From: Thelocarpon superellum
Lineage: Eukaryota
Assembly: GCA_026025795.1 (NCBI GenBank)
Contig: JAPEUG010000050.1
Location: 1 to 64,000 of the forward strand
Length of the DNA: 64,000 nucleotides
Direction: 5' to 3'
Shown here: positions 1 through 12,758 of the stretch, piece after piece
Layout: each line of letters opens with the position of its first letter
Position numbering within the stretch: the stretch's first letter is position 1
Program-made: the position numbers and the translations under genes
Notes under the pieces: generated by a model
Database searches by the model: none
Seen by the model: only the letters and a program-made list of their open reading frames with translations
Told to the model about the DNA's origin: nothing

Positions 1-3000
1 TTCAAGGACCAGCTAGTCATCATCCTCCTGGGCTCGGCCGCCGTCTCCTTTGCGCTGGCCCTCTTCGAAAGTGGAGACGATTGGACGGCCTTTGTCGACC
101 CCGTCGTGGTCAGTGACCTTGGATGGCGCACGGGAATGATGCGAAGCTGACAAGGTGGGCCATGCAGATCCTGACCATCCTCATTCTCAACGCCATCGTC
201 GGCGTGTCTCAGGAGAGCAGTGCCGAGAAGGCCATTGCCGCCCTCCAAGAATACTCTGCCAATGAAGCCAAGGTTGTCCGTGAGGGACAAGTCAAGCGCA
301 TTCGCGCCGAAGAGCTGGTCCCAGGCGACGTCATCACTGTGGCCGTAGGCGATCGGATCCCAGCAGACTGCAGGGTGCTGTCCATTCAGAGCAATAGCTT
401 CCGTGTCGACCAGGCCCTGCTGACGGGCGAGAGCGAGAGCGTGGCCAAGGACACGGCGCCCATCAACGACGTGCAGGCAGTGAAGCAGGACCAGGTCAAC
501 ATGCTCTTCTCCGGGACCACGGTCGTCACCGGACATGCCACCGCCCTCGTGGTCTTGACCGGCGCATCGACGGCGATTGGGGACATCCAAGAGAGCATCA
601 CCTCCCAGATCTCCGCGCCGACGCCCCTCAAACAGAAGCTCAATGACTTTGGCGACTTACTCGCCAAGGTCATCACCGTCATCTGCATCGTCGTGTGGCT
701 CATCAACATTCGCCACTTCAACGATCCGTCGCACGGCGGCTGGACCAAGGGCGCTATTTACTACCTGAAGATCGCCGTCTCCTTGGGGGTTGCCGCAATC
801 CCCGAGGGGTTGGCCGTCGTCATCACCACCTGTCTGGCGCTTGGCACGCGCAAGATGGCGGCCAAGAACGCCGTGGTGCGAAGTCTCCCCTCCGTCGAGA
901 CCCTGGGCAGCTGCAGCGTCATCTGCTCCGACAAGACCGGCACCTTGACCACCAACCAGATGAGCGTCAACAAGATCCTCCACGTTGATGAGAATGGAGC
1001 GGGACTGAAGGAGGTGGACGTGGCGGGGACCACCTTTGCACCGGAAGGGGCGCTGACGTCCGGCGGTGGACTCGTCATCGACCTCGCCGCCACCTCCTCA
1101 ACCATCAAGCAGATGACGGAGATCGCGGCGCTGTGTAATGACGCGCAACTCTCGTACGACGCCAAGTCGGGCGCCTTCAGCAACGTGGGCGAGCCCACCG
1201 AAGGCGCGCTACGAGCTTTGGTGGAGAAGGTGGGCAGTCCAGATCCGACTTACAACGACCGCAAGAGGAGCGTCCCGACGCAGGACCGACTCCACTACAT
1301 CAGCAAGTACTATGAGGACAAGGCGCCAAGGCAGGCGACGTACGAATTTTCTCGAGATCGCAAGAGCATGTCGGTCCTCGTGGGGACGGGGGCGCAACAA
1401 CGCCTCCTTGTTAAGGGGGCGCCCGAGTCCATCTTCGAGCGATGCACGCACGTCTTGGTCGGGACGCAGGGCAAGAAGGTCGCCTTGGAAGCCAAGCTGT
1501 CCCAGATCCTGTGGCGAGAGGTAGCCGACTACGGCAATCGCGGCCTCCGCGTCATTGCGGTGGCGCGTGTGGACGATATCGTATCCAACCCGACACTGCA
1601 CACGGCCAAGACTACGGCAGAATACACGCAGCTGGAGCAGAAGATGACCTTGGTCGGTCTGATCTGCATGTTGGACCCCCCGCGAGCCGAAGTGGCGGCC
1701 TCGATCCGCAAATGTCGCGAGGCCGGCATCCGCGTCGTCGTCATCACGGGCGACAACCAAAACACGGCCGAGACCATCTGTCGGCAGATCGGAGTCTTCT
1801 CTGCCACGGAGAATCTCACGGACAAGAGCTACACCGGACGGCAATTTGACGCGCTGAGCGAGGGCGACAAACTGGCGGCAGCGCAGCGTGCTTCGCTCTT
1901 CTCTCGCACCGAGCCGACGCACAAATCGCGGCTGGTGGATCTCCTCCAGTCATCAGGCGAGGTGGTGGCGATGACGGGCGATGGGGTGAACGACGCCCCA
2001 GCGCTAAAGAAGTCGGATATTGGTGTGGCCATGGGAACAGGGACCGACGTGGCCAAGCTGGCGGCGGATATGGTGCTGGCAGACGACAACTTTGCGACCA
2101 TCCAAGTGGCGGTCGAGGAAGGGCGATCGATCTTTAACAACACGCAACAGTTCATTCGATATCTGATCTCATCAAATATCGGTGAAGTGGTTTCCATCTT
2201 CTTGACCGCGGCGGTGGGAATGCCCGAAGCCTTGATTCCGGTGCAGCTCCTCTGGGTCAACCTGGTGACGGACGGTCTGCCGGCAACGGCGCTGTCCTTC
2301 AATCCGCCTGATCATGACGTGATGCGACGACCGCCCCGCAAGCGCGACGAACCGCTGGTGGGCGGATGGCTCTTCTTCCGCTACATGGTCGTGGGGACCT
2401 ACGTGGGCGTCGCCACCGTCTTCGGCTACGCGTGGTGGTTCATGTTCAATCCGGAGGGGCCGCAGATCTCATTTTGGCAACTGGTGCGTCCTGCTCATCT
2501 CGAGTCCTCCTCTCACGTCGATAGCGTTTCACCCGACTAACCACGAATCTAGCGTCACTTCCACCAATGCGCCTCCGAGTTCCCCGAGATTGGATGTCAG
2601 ATATTCTCTAACCACATGGCCAAGTCCGCATCGACAATGTCCTTGTCAATGTACGTTCTTATTTCCTCCTTGATCGCGTACGGTGCGCTGACTCTTTCAT
2701 AGCTTGGTGGTGATTGAAATGTTCAACGCGATGAACGCGCTCTCGTCCAGCGGCTCGCTCCTCACGCTGCCACTGTGGAAGAATATGATGCTCGTGTACG
2801 CCATCGCGCTGTCGATGGCACTGCACTTTGCCCTCCTCTATATTCCTTTCCTACAGGGTCTGTTCGCGATTGTGCCATTGAACCTGGACGAATGGAAGGC
2901 GGTTTTGGTCATCAGTCTGCCGGTGATGTACGTCACTTCCTTTCCTTGTCTTTCTCTTCCGTATCCGCGGATTGGACGCTCACATGCGCTTAGACTCATC

Positions 3001-3081
3001 GACGAAGTTCTGAAATTCGTCGAACGACAGCTCTACCTGCCCAAACCGCTTATGGCTACTGCGCGCCCGAAGAAGGACTAG
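1..3081 (+). CDS. SERCA-type P2A calcium-transporting ATPase (5' end outside window)
   Basis: Motifs [19 protein letters not shown] (phospho-Asp), [30 protein letters not shown]. Exons approx. <1-108, 168-2483, 2553-2650, 2703-2927, 2994-3081 with GT-AG introns. Confidence 0.96.
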
Positions 3082-3445
3082 ATTCTCGACGCATACGCAG
3101 GAAAAGACGGTCGGCCACGCCTCGAAGCATGCCGGCGCTGTCGCTGTATCGTACCATATCACACGGGACGGTGGGTTGCGACCCTGCCCGCTCGAATAGA
3201 TAGATGGCCCTACCCTGCATCATAGATACCTAGGAGGCTTAGATCAATCTCACTGCGCATAGCGGATCCGTGGCCGACGATCGTTGTCCGTTGACCTTTG
3301 ACCTTTGGGCTGAGGGCGAGACATGGCTTCTATGAACGACTAGTCGTACACGTGTAGATGTATCGTGATTACCACGACCCGTGCACCGTGGGCCAAGAAG
3401 ACTGAGGAACGGATTGGTACGACAAGGCCAGCGATGCGTGCACTC

Positions 3446-4297
3446 CTAGTCTTGTCTACCTTTCAACAACCGCTTCGTCACCCTGTCCTTTTCGATGATG
3501 TACACGTGGGCGCCCCAGCCCGAGAGCGCGTCCCGGTCCACGGCGTTTAGCAGGGCTTGCGATATGGTTTCGAAGAGATCCTCGGGGCCCTACGCATTAC
3601 CCGTCGTGTCAGCATGCTGTCGCTGCCATGAGGGGCAAGATGCGGCGATCAACTTCTTACCAGATCGGGCTCCCATAGACCCTCGCACGTGCCAAATAAC
3701 TGATCACTTGCCGTGCCGGAGACAATGAAGTCCTTGGCGAAATCGATGCAGCCGATGCTGTCAAAGCCGCAGATGAAGGGCTGGCCGGTGGTATGGTTGA
3801 TGCCCGCGATGACAGGGCTGATGAAGTAGGGTCCGAATCGCTTCTCGTACAGGCTCGAGCTGACCAGATTGGCCATGGTCTGGGGCGAGATGGCTCGCTC
3901 TTCCCGCAGACGGTAGAGGTTCACCTTGTAGCGGAAGAGGTCCGACACCGTCGACACGTCCGTCGCCAGCCCCGTCAGGCCCAGGTATACATCGCCGTAG
4001 GAGAAGATTTTGGGGAAGTTGTTGGAGACTGTCAAGGACTGCATGCCCAGTCGTAGGTCGCATGCGATGGCCACACAATCCTTGCCCACCATCGCCACAC
4101 ACGCACCGCCATCTGTCGACGGCGTCAGTCATTCTCCTTTCCATTCTCCATCCTCATCCTCGTGCTCGTGCTCCCTGCGTCTCCGTCTTTGCTTGGTGGG
4201 GGGAAAGGTTGGAAAGCCTTACTGATGGAGAAGGGCGAGCTCTGGAGTGAACGTTAGCGGGAAATCCAAGCCGTGGCAGGGCCATCGGACCAACCAT
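3446..4297 (-). CDS. PUP3: 20S proteasome subunit beta type-3
   Basis: Spliced [30 protein letters not shown]...YEKRFGPYF...LLKGRQD*. First exon is apparently only the ATG (4295-4297), then a 19-nt exon (4223-4241) and further exons. Confidence 0.95.
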
Positions 4298-6252
4298 GTT
4301 GACTGCCAGATGCCCCTTGAACAATGCGAGTCCGTAGCAGAATGTGCTCTGACCTGTTGGGATGAGGTCGAGAGCTGGTACGCTGCTTGGCAGATTCGGT
4401 GTCAACTACAGGCACCACTGCCTACGCGTATGTTCACATCGTTGCATGTAACAGAGAGCTCCATTTCTCTTACATAAGCCAGTCGAGCGGTGGTGCTGTA
4501 GCTGCGAATTGCTGGCTTGGACTAACACCACATATGTAAGGAGGAGCGCTGTCTGACCTAACATGACTTAGCTGTAACACAGGCTGTCTTGTCCGACAGC
4601 TTGCAGCGTCAGATGCAAGGATGCAGCACACCAACTCGACGCAAAGCACGGCGTGTTTGACCCCAACCTTACTAGTCAACCTGCTCAAGCTGTTCCCATT
4701 ATTTTCGGACACACAGGCCGACCGTATGCATTTTTGCGGAACATTTAGGGTGACTCGCTTGCAAGGCTCTGGGAACTCCGAGGCTGGCCCCAGGGAGCCC
4801 GTCCGCTCCGCGGCAGAGGCCGACTCAGGCTCTCAAGTCTGTCCAGTGGCAGAGGCCGATGGGAGCGCAATTGTCGAATCAGCAATTACAGCCAACTCAA
4901 TCGCGCCAGCTGATCAAGCCCCACACCTCCAACCTTCCAGTGGCCTTAGGCGAGGAGTTGCGCTGGCTATCGCGACTGTTGCCCGCTTCGCCCGCCTTGG
5001 CCGGTGTCGCCACGTGCCCAGGGACAGCACGACCACGGCGCTGCACGATGCAAGCCTGGCTGGGCCGTCCGCTCTAGCCCTCTATCTGGATGAGTTCATC
5101 GTGGACAGCAACCCTACTATGCACTGATCAAGCAAGGTCGCCTCCAGTATCCTGACGCGGCAGGGCAGGCGTTGGACCTGAATCTGCTGTCCTCATGACC
5201 TCTGTACTCGCCCACAACATAGCTCCCATCTACATCAGCAGGACATGGGCCACACCAGACTCCTTGAAGCACGATCCGTAGCGTGCGTGAGGCGCACTGT
5301 ATATCACAAGGCTGCCGATTACGTGGGTGGCGCAGGCTCCACGCCGATAGCGACCCAGGGCAGAAGGCTACGACTGCAGCCTGCGCTCCGCTGGTCGACA
5401 GGTCTGTGGCCTCCACGGGAGCTCTGCCAGCGCTGGTACCCACAGCCAGTCTGCGCCGCAGGGCGGCACGGGCGCAATCATGGGAGTCAGGTCCCAGGAG
5501 CCGAAATCACGTCTCAAGGACCCACATCTTGAGGACAGCTGCACACGTAAGATTGGTAGAACTTCAGAGAACATAGTATCTAGATTCCCCTGGTTGTCAC
5601 TGGTTGCCACTGGTTGCTCACACGCAATGACATTTTTTTGCTTCTATTGCTTTCGCTATCTCTCAAACAATTCTAGCTACACGTGGGTTGTCAATTCAGG
5701 TCTGATTCTCAACATACGCTTCCTACATATTTGCAGCCAAGCCGCTTGTTGCGCGTATGTTAGCAGACCGAATGCGACCGAGTGGCTGCTGGAAATCAGA
5801 GATGAAGTAACAGAGAAACGTTACGCATAGACAGTGGCGATGCGTACTATAATAGGATACTCTACAGTCTTTCCTCCAGATCATGCCACCCTTCTGCCCA
5901 CAGAACGCATTGCCCATCTGTTGACCAACAATGTTTTGAAACAGCAGGATGAATGCGCATTTGGTGCCGGTAGGAAAACGCATCCTTGGACAACGCGCTA
6001 AATGTGTCATCACCCCGGCCCCTCAGAGGCAACTCGCTTGGTCTAAATTCCTGCTGTCCGCGATGCGGACTAGCAAGATTCTCGCTCATCCTCCTGGTCG
6101 TTGTTATATCAGCCTCCTCGGCACCGTGTACACATGGGACGCTGGGAAGCAGGGCAAGATCTCCTTCGTCCCTTACTCCTCACGCATATGGAAGTCACAT
6201 CTCTTCCGAGGGAGGTCCCGTTTCATTTGGCCTGCTGAGTGACCCAACGACC

Positions 6253-7604
6253 ATGATACTCCAGCACTTTCCGCGTCTTCTACTTGTGCCGGTACTCCTT
6301 GGGTTTACGTGCAAAGTGACTGGCTCGACCAGCAACACCACTGATCCCGGTAAGCTCTCTTTGAAGAGACATGCGATGATCAAAAGCCTTTCCGACCAGC
6401 TCCGACCATGGAGGACATGCTCGCCAGAACTAACAAAAGACCGAGCACAGGAGCCGACACTGATGCAAGCCCAAACTATGAGCTACGCTACAGCAACACC
6501 AACCTCACTTGGAACGAGTCAACGATATACGCCCTACCTGGAGACATTGAGAATTTCAGCGCGGTGCTAAGCGCCGCTATAGACCAGGCGACCTTGGAAC
6601 AAGGAGGGGAACGACTTGAGATCCTCAACTTCACCTCGAATCAGTCAAGCATCATCATGACATCCACCACATCGCCTCCTAATGCCTTCATGACTTGGCC
6701 AAACTTTGCCACTGTCCTTCGCCACATGCAGTCTCAGATACAAGCGACAAATGAGACTGGAGTCCTGCCAGTGCTTGACGTGGCCAATCAGAATCATCTT
6801 GTTCTCGCCCGAGTGACTACTGGCCCTGAGCTTCTCGTCTTTTCAATCGAGAACCAGACCGCGTCTACGGCACCTGTCACTTCACGGCCGGGTGGAGGCC
6901 GCAAGCCTCTAGCCAGTCGGGTTTATCGCTTTGGCTGGGAAACACTTCGAGCGCCATACGGTCGATACCTCATGAAACTGAACGCGGACGGGCCGCAAAT
7001 ACTGGCGGCCCCCTGCATCACCGCGGTCGAACAACTTCTCAATGCTGTAAACATGGTAGCAATTCCATCTCTCAGCCCTGTCGTCGATTTCTATTCCACC
7101 GAGGTTAGCCTTGGTCGGGATTCCGGGGCCGTTTACCTACATTTATCTGTATCATCAGAACTCGACCCCTATACGACGCGTCGGATGGTCGAGCATACAC
7201 TTCAGGAGATTCAACGAGAAATTCTGGATTTGCAACGTGGCAGTGCGCCCGGTATCGCGACGATTGGTCAACTTAGCGGGATTGCTGAACGCTTGATTCC
7301 CGGGCAATCTCAGCAGGCATCAATTACCTGGGCATTCCACAGGCGAAGACGTCCTCAATCACAGGGGGTGACAGCCGGTGAGCAGCCGATTTCCCGTCCT
7401 TATCGTCGCCCGGGATCCAGACACTCGGGTTCTTCGGGTCCTCCAGCGTCGCAGAAAGCTGGTTCTACGGCGTCCCAAAGCTCTGCGTCGATGGGAAACA
7501 CGGCAAAGACAAAGACATCACAGATTTCCGACAGGAGGAGGGGTTGCCCGCTCGCCCAGACCTGTCTGGTGCTACTTACATCCATCTCCCAGGGTCTACC
7601 CTGA
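6253..7604 (+). CDS. Hypothetical secreted glycoprotein (orphan-like)
   Basis: Signal-peptide-like exon 6253-6349 (MILQHFPRLLLVPVLLGFTCKVTG) splices via GTAAGC...CAG (intron 6350-6399) in frame into the 398-aa ORF 6408-7604. Many N-x-S/T sequons; no recognisable domain; 3' end uncertain. Confidence 0.65.
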
Positions 7605-8341
7605 GAGAAAAGCTGCCTTTCCATCTCGTATGTCGATCACGACGTGGAGTGATCAACCTCGGAGTTTATCGATTTGGTTCGCACTAGGGGAGCATCAGAC
7701 TGGGCAGAGATATTTTAGATATGTTTTTGACGTGAACCAGTCGAGGAGTTTCCACAAGTGAGATCCACAACTGCTCGATCAAAGACAGGGCGGACTGAAC
7801 AGCGTCAGAACTGTAAACCTTAGGAGACTCGGCTTGGCTTTACCTGTACCAGTCCCAGGAGCCTCTCATGCGGCATTTCCAACCAGCTACCCTGTCCCCT
7901 GGTCGACCACTGATGATGTCGTCCATTACCGCTGTCTGTGGAAAAATGTATCAGGTACCGAACGAACCGACCGGTAGGACGTCTGGCCCTGACCTGGGCG
8001 CCTTTGTGTCGTTACACTGTCGCCTTTATCGCTTGTGCACGTGAGCGTAGATATGACGAACGGAGCTTCCTGAGTGGGTCCCACATGCCTAGCTGTCCCG
8101 CTCTGCCTCAGCGACGCCGTGTGGGTAGGGTGGGAGACGCATCAATAGATGCTTCTCAAAGTGTGATGTGTCGACGCCGTGAACGTCCAGTCCAAGCTCC
8201 CCATCAGCAAGTCTACGTATAAGCGTCCTTCAGCCCTTCCGTGCGCATCGATAGCTGTACACTTGCAGGCCTAAACGAGAACAGGGCAACGCTTCCGTTG
8301 CTCTTCCGCTGCTTAGACGTCCTGCTGGCCACGCTGAAGCC

Positions 8342-10005
8342 ATGTCCACCTCGCACGTGGTGGTGATCGACTCCACCGCACGACGCGCGGTGGTGAAGGT
8401 TACCCCGGGCACGTACCTCAGCGACATTCTTCAAGATGCATGCAAGAAGCTGAAGCTGACTGCCAGCCAGTACGGTCTCAAGTGGGTGTCTTTTCTCGCC
8501 GCCACTTGACACCAGACCCCGCCAGACCACTGCTAATGCTCATCTTCAGAAATAGTAATAAGCCGGTCGACCTGTCGCGCACCATCCGCCTCTCTGGACT
8601 CTCTTCCGGGGCCAAGTTGGAGCTTGTCCAGTTGTCTCGCTCTGCCGCCGTGGTCTCGGTGGCGCTGCAGCTGCCGGAAAGTGAGGTGGCCAGCGGAGCA
8701 AATGCCCGATTGGTCGACAAGTTCCCCAGCACCACAACGATCTGGACGATCTTGCGCAAGTTCGAGTCAGACTCCGCAGGGCCGGGAGCGGCCCCAAGGA
8801 ACTTCACGGGCCGAGGCGTGCCCAAGATCGCAGGTGGCGAGTCCGGAGCTGGTCGACTTTACTACGAAATGCCAGTGCTGCATGTCATGGGTCGGGACCT
8901 TTCGTCATTTCCAGACCTTCAAAAGTCCCTCGGACAGCTGGGATTCAACGGGGGGAGCACCCTGCTGCGGCTCAATTTCATGCAGACCGATACCCCCTTG
9001 GACGAGGCCATGACCGAGATCGGACAGTATTTTCAGGAGACCCAAGACGAACACCGCATGAAGGCAGACGGCGGCGACGGGATCGGTCTGACACCTGCGC
9101 CATCCACGGGACTCGCCCTGGCGCCGAGCCCGGACGTAACAAGTTCTACCTCCGCCACCGCGCATGCGGACACGGTGGATGTTGCCGGCATGGATGACGT
9201 GACCGCGAAGGAGGAGCGCAACGAAGAGCAGAACACATCGCAGACTACGATTGTTAGAGATACTGTGATGGGTCCTGGTCACCGGCCCATGTCAGTCTTC
9301 TCTCCACCACGCAATGATACACCCCAAGCCGCGGCAGGTAGGTAAGCCATGTCTCGTATGCCCTCTCATCTCCCTGACTGTCCCGCAGATGGCTTCAATG
9401 AGGCCGATTACGAGCCGACGATTGAGCACGCCAAAATCCACCAATCCCGCCTCTCGATGAGTACGAGAAACAAGCGACTCGAGAGCGAAGCAGAAATCAA
9501 AGCCCAGGAGGACGCCCTTGCTCAAAAATGGGCCGTGGTCGAGGATGTTGAAATCAAGATTCGCTACCCAGATCAGTCGCAGATCGTCAGTAAGTTCACC
9601 ACCGCCGACACCGCCGCAACCCTGTACGCCTTCGTACGTTCGACGATCCACCACGACACCCAACCCTTCCTGCTCAACTTTGCCTCTTCTCGCGGCCCAC
9701 GAATTGTCCCGCGAGACGACGCTGCCACCAAACTCATCCGCGACCTCGGGTTGACCGGCCGAGTGCTCGTAAATCTGCTGTGGGACGAAAAGGCCAGCGC
9801 CGAGGCGCGCCTGAGCCCCACGACGCTGAAGAGGGAGTTTGCCGCAGCGGCCGAGGCCTTGCAGGTGCAGGCCATCCACGCCGGGCCCGAGACGGACGAA
9901 GCTGCAGAGCAAAGCCAGCTGAAGGATAAGCCCGAACGATCCGGTAGCGGGGGCGAGAGAAAGAAAGGTATTCCTAAATGGTTGAAACTTCCAGGGAAAA
10001 AGTAA
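8342..10005 (+). CDS. UBX-domain protein, TUG/ASPSCR1 (Ubx4-like) Cdc48 adaptor
   Basis: N-terminal ubiquitin-like domain (MSTSHVVVIDSTARRAVVKVTPG...LSGLSSGAKLEL), C-terminal UBX (IKIRYPDQSQIVSKF), ending PKWLKLPGKK. Exons 8342-8481, 8550-9337, 9389-10005. Confidence 0.88.
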
Positions 10006-10564
10006 AAGCCCCGGCAGCCAAGGTCGTGCGTGCATGGACGAGTCGTTTGAATCACGTCGCCGGATTGGAAAGGGTCTGATTTCCCGGGCGGACATGGGGG
10101 ACAAGATCAAGAGGGAAGACAGGGGCAGGGGGTACAGCATACGGGACATGTTGTTTTCTAGCATCGCGTCCACTTGATGCATCTCCAGGGCGTTCTTCTC
10201 GTCATACGATGTCTGGCGTCTTGTCGCAGCCTCTACTCACACGCGCAGTACCTTGTTTTCACAACATGCTGCCTTGTGTCACGTTGTCTTGGGGGCGGAA
10301 TCATGAAGCATCGAGAGAGAATGAAGCCGTCACACGGGACGCATGAATCGTATTGATGAAGCCGATTCTCATATCCTCAGTAGCGCTGACAAGACTGGAA
10401 GGGGCTATGTGCCAGAGTCTTATGGAAACACTGGTCTCGTACGGGGCCCTGAGGTACTCTCTCCCTCACTCATGTGGTTCTCCCAGAGTCAAGTCCTTCA
10501 CGTCACCTGGTCCATCTGATCCAGCCTCGTCCGTGTCGACACCACCTCATGCCATGCCACGCGT

Positions 10565-11161
10565 CTAGTGCCCCGCTCGTCGGGACTCGGCAATCACACC
10601 CTGCAGCTCGTCCACCTTCCTCTTGGCGCGGCCGAACGTTCCGAGCTGTATGGTTGGTGCATATTAGCCGTTTGGCTTTGATCCAGGAGGTAGGAGATGG
10701 AGTCCTAGAGAGCCCAGTGGAGAGTCCAACGTACCCGCTTCTTCGCCAGCTTGCGCGCCCGCTTATCTTTGCTATTTCGGAGGAGTTCAATGACGCGACG
10801 CTCGTACGGGGCAAGTCTGGAGGAGCGATCATGATCAGTCTTTGCAAGTTTTCACGGATTCATCATCCGCCGACGTCGCGAGATGAATCCCACGCAAAAT
10901 GCGGTGCCACGTACCCCGAAACTTCCTTGACAATCTCCCGCACAAACGCAGTTCGCTTTGAGAGATGGCCCTTGGTGCGTGAGATCCGGGGCTTGACTTC
11001 GCGAGGAGTGGCTTTCTGGAGTGGGGAAGAGGCACATGGTCAGCAGCCATTCTTGTCCGAATCGCCCGTTCGACCAGGTGAAGGGAAGTATCAGCACAGC
11101 CATGGACACTTACGTGGCCGCGATTCAAGCCAACGGCAATGCCGGTCCGTTCCTTCGCCAT
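10565..11161 (-). CDS. RPL36: 60S ribosomal protein L36 (eL36)
   Basis: Exons 11161-11114, 11015-10915, 10816-10735, 10645-10565 give [16 protein letters not shown]...[43 protein letters not shown]... Confidence 0.97.
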
Positions 11162-11278
11162 GTCAGATGTTGTGGATGGTCGACGATATGAAGACCACAC
11201 GTCTTCAGAGCGCTCCCCGACACACCTTAGTCGTCTCTTTGGTGGACGCTAAGCGAAGTGCTGGGGCTGATACCCTTA

Positions 11279-11351
11279 TCACGTGATGTACGACCGAATC
11301 TTGCCTCATCGACGCTGTCAGGATTGCGGGTCACGTGGCAGTACACGTGAC
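11279..11351. promoter_or_regulatory. Cluster of three CACGTG E-boxes (Cbf1-type TCACGTG) upstream of RPL36
   Basis: CACGTG at 11280, 11332 and 11344, all in TCACGTG/CACGTGA context, 120-190 bp upstream of the RPL36 ATG. Confidence 0.6.
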
Positions 11352-12181
11352 GCCTCAGCTCATGCAACTAGCAAGTTTACTCTAGCTTAGCTAGTTAGAC
11401 ATTGCAATCACTAGCTTCTACCTGAAGAAAGGCCGAGCCTGACGAACGCCTTGTGCTGATCGTAACGCGGATGACTCCCTATTCACTATCAAAGCATGCC
11501 CACGCATTTCGCGCCTCCGCTTTGGCATTTGTCTTCCCCTGATGCTTGGGTCTCCACAGAAGAAGAAGGTAACCTTTCGTATTTGATGTCGCCATTTCCA
11601 AGCGCACGTGGTACGACACGTATTTCACGCATTAATACGAGATCTTACCGTGTTGGATTTCGAAGGATCTTGCGAGATTCCACGTCCCAAGCTTTTAGGC
11701 CGGATCCTCCTCGCGTTTGCTTCAGTAGCATGGTCCTATAGATGTTGGTAACTTGTCAAGTCTATTACGAAGGCGTACGGTATGCTCGATGATGAGCCTT
11801 ACCCCCGGCTCGGTCTGGTCTGATCCCTCGGTTCTCTTTCGTCGGTAGTGAACAGGAACAAGGAGCATGTTCCTATACATCGCCTCTTACAGCCACCTTT
11901 TGGCGGCGGGGCAGACCAGGGGCTAGCTCGAATACACTTGGTGCCCATGAACTCAAATTTTCTCCCATCAAAGCCCAGCATTGAACAGAGATGAGTTGAT
12001 CTCATCTCGATTCCTCTAGATCCTACATCCACTACTTTCGCCCGACCGCGAGGATGTATAAGACAGGTCTCGTTTCTGACCTGCGCTTAAAATCGTTCCT
12101 TCGTACATTTCCGTAAAAATCATCGTACTCTAGTGTTTTCCCAACAGTATCTTCCGTTGACCAACCTTACAATCCACCAAC

Positions 12182-12758
12182 ATGTCGTCCATGCTGAGCT
12201 TCAAGGGCATCGCTCTTGGTATTGCTTGGCTCACCACGATTGTGAGAGCCCAAACAACCAATTCGTGTCCCAACTCGACGGATACCAGCGTCAACGCTGT
12301 TATCGGAGATACCTTGTTTAGAATCGCTAGTGCCTACGGTTGTGGCAACGACACCCTCACAATAGACACCACTGGAGGCTGCAACTTTTACGACGTTGCG
12401 TGGGAAAGCGACATCCCATTCGCCGATGCCATCAGCGCTACCCAGCATATGTAGTGCACCTCTTTCACTGACGACGAATGAAGTTCCAGCTGACACACAT
12501 GGAAGCTGCATTCCTAATCCGAGCAGTCTCCTCACCTGTGGGGCTGGTCACCGAGTCGATTGGATTGTCCCTCCGGGCAACGCAAGTGATGTGGTCCAGA
12601 GTGCGCGAAGCACTGATGATGCTATCGCCAAGGCGAGCAACCTCACAAGCCTTGCAAATCTCAGACCCTATCAGCGACTGTAAGTCTGCGATCCGATGCC
12701 TCGTACGAATGATTTTTGACCGTGGTGTTTCAGATGTGTTCCTGGTCCTACTATTTAG
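12182..12758 (+). CDS. Small secreted Cys-containing protein with two degenerate LysM domains (effector-like), 155 aa
   Basis: Exons 12182-12450, 12506-12679, 12734-12758. Signal peptide, then GDTLFRIASAYG...QHICIPNP and WIVPPGNASDV...SNLTSLANLRPYQRLCVP. TATAAG at about 12057. Confidence 0.72.

Noticed and set aside
386..2302. Long antisense/alternative-frame ORFs over the Ca-ATPase (likewise over the histidine kinase, C2 and ArfGAP genes)
   Set aside because: Shadow ORFs expected from high GC3 codon bias; no protein motifs.
4621..5830. Short ORFs and a duplicated GGCAGAGGCCGA upstream of PUP3
   Set aside because: No domain, terminal inverted repeat or target-site duplication to support a gene or mobile element.
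10354..10452. TGATGA...CTGA spacing resembling a C/D-box snoRNA
   Set aside because: No terminal stem or recognisable rRNA-complementary guide; lies antisense to the RPL36 3' flank. An Rfam/snoscan search would settle it.
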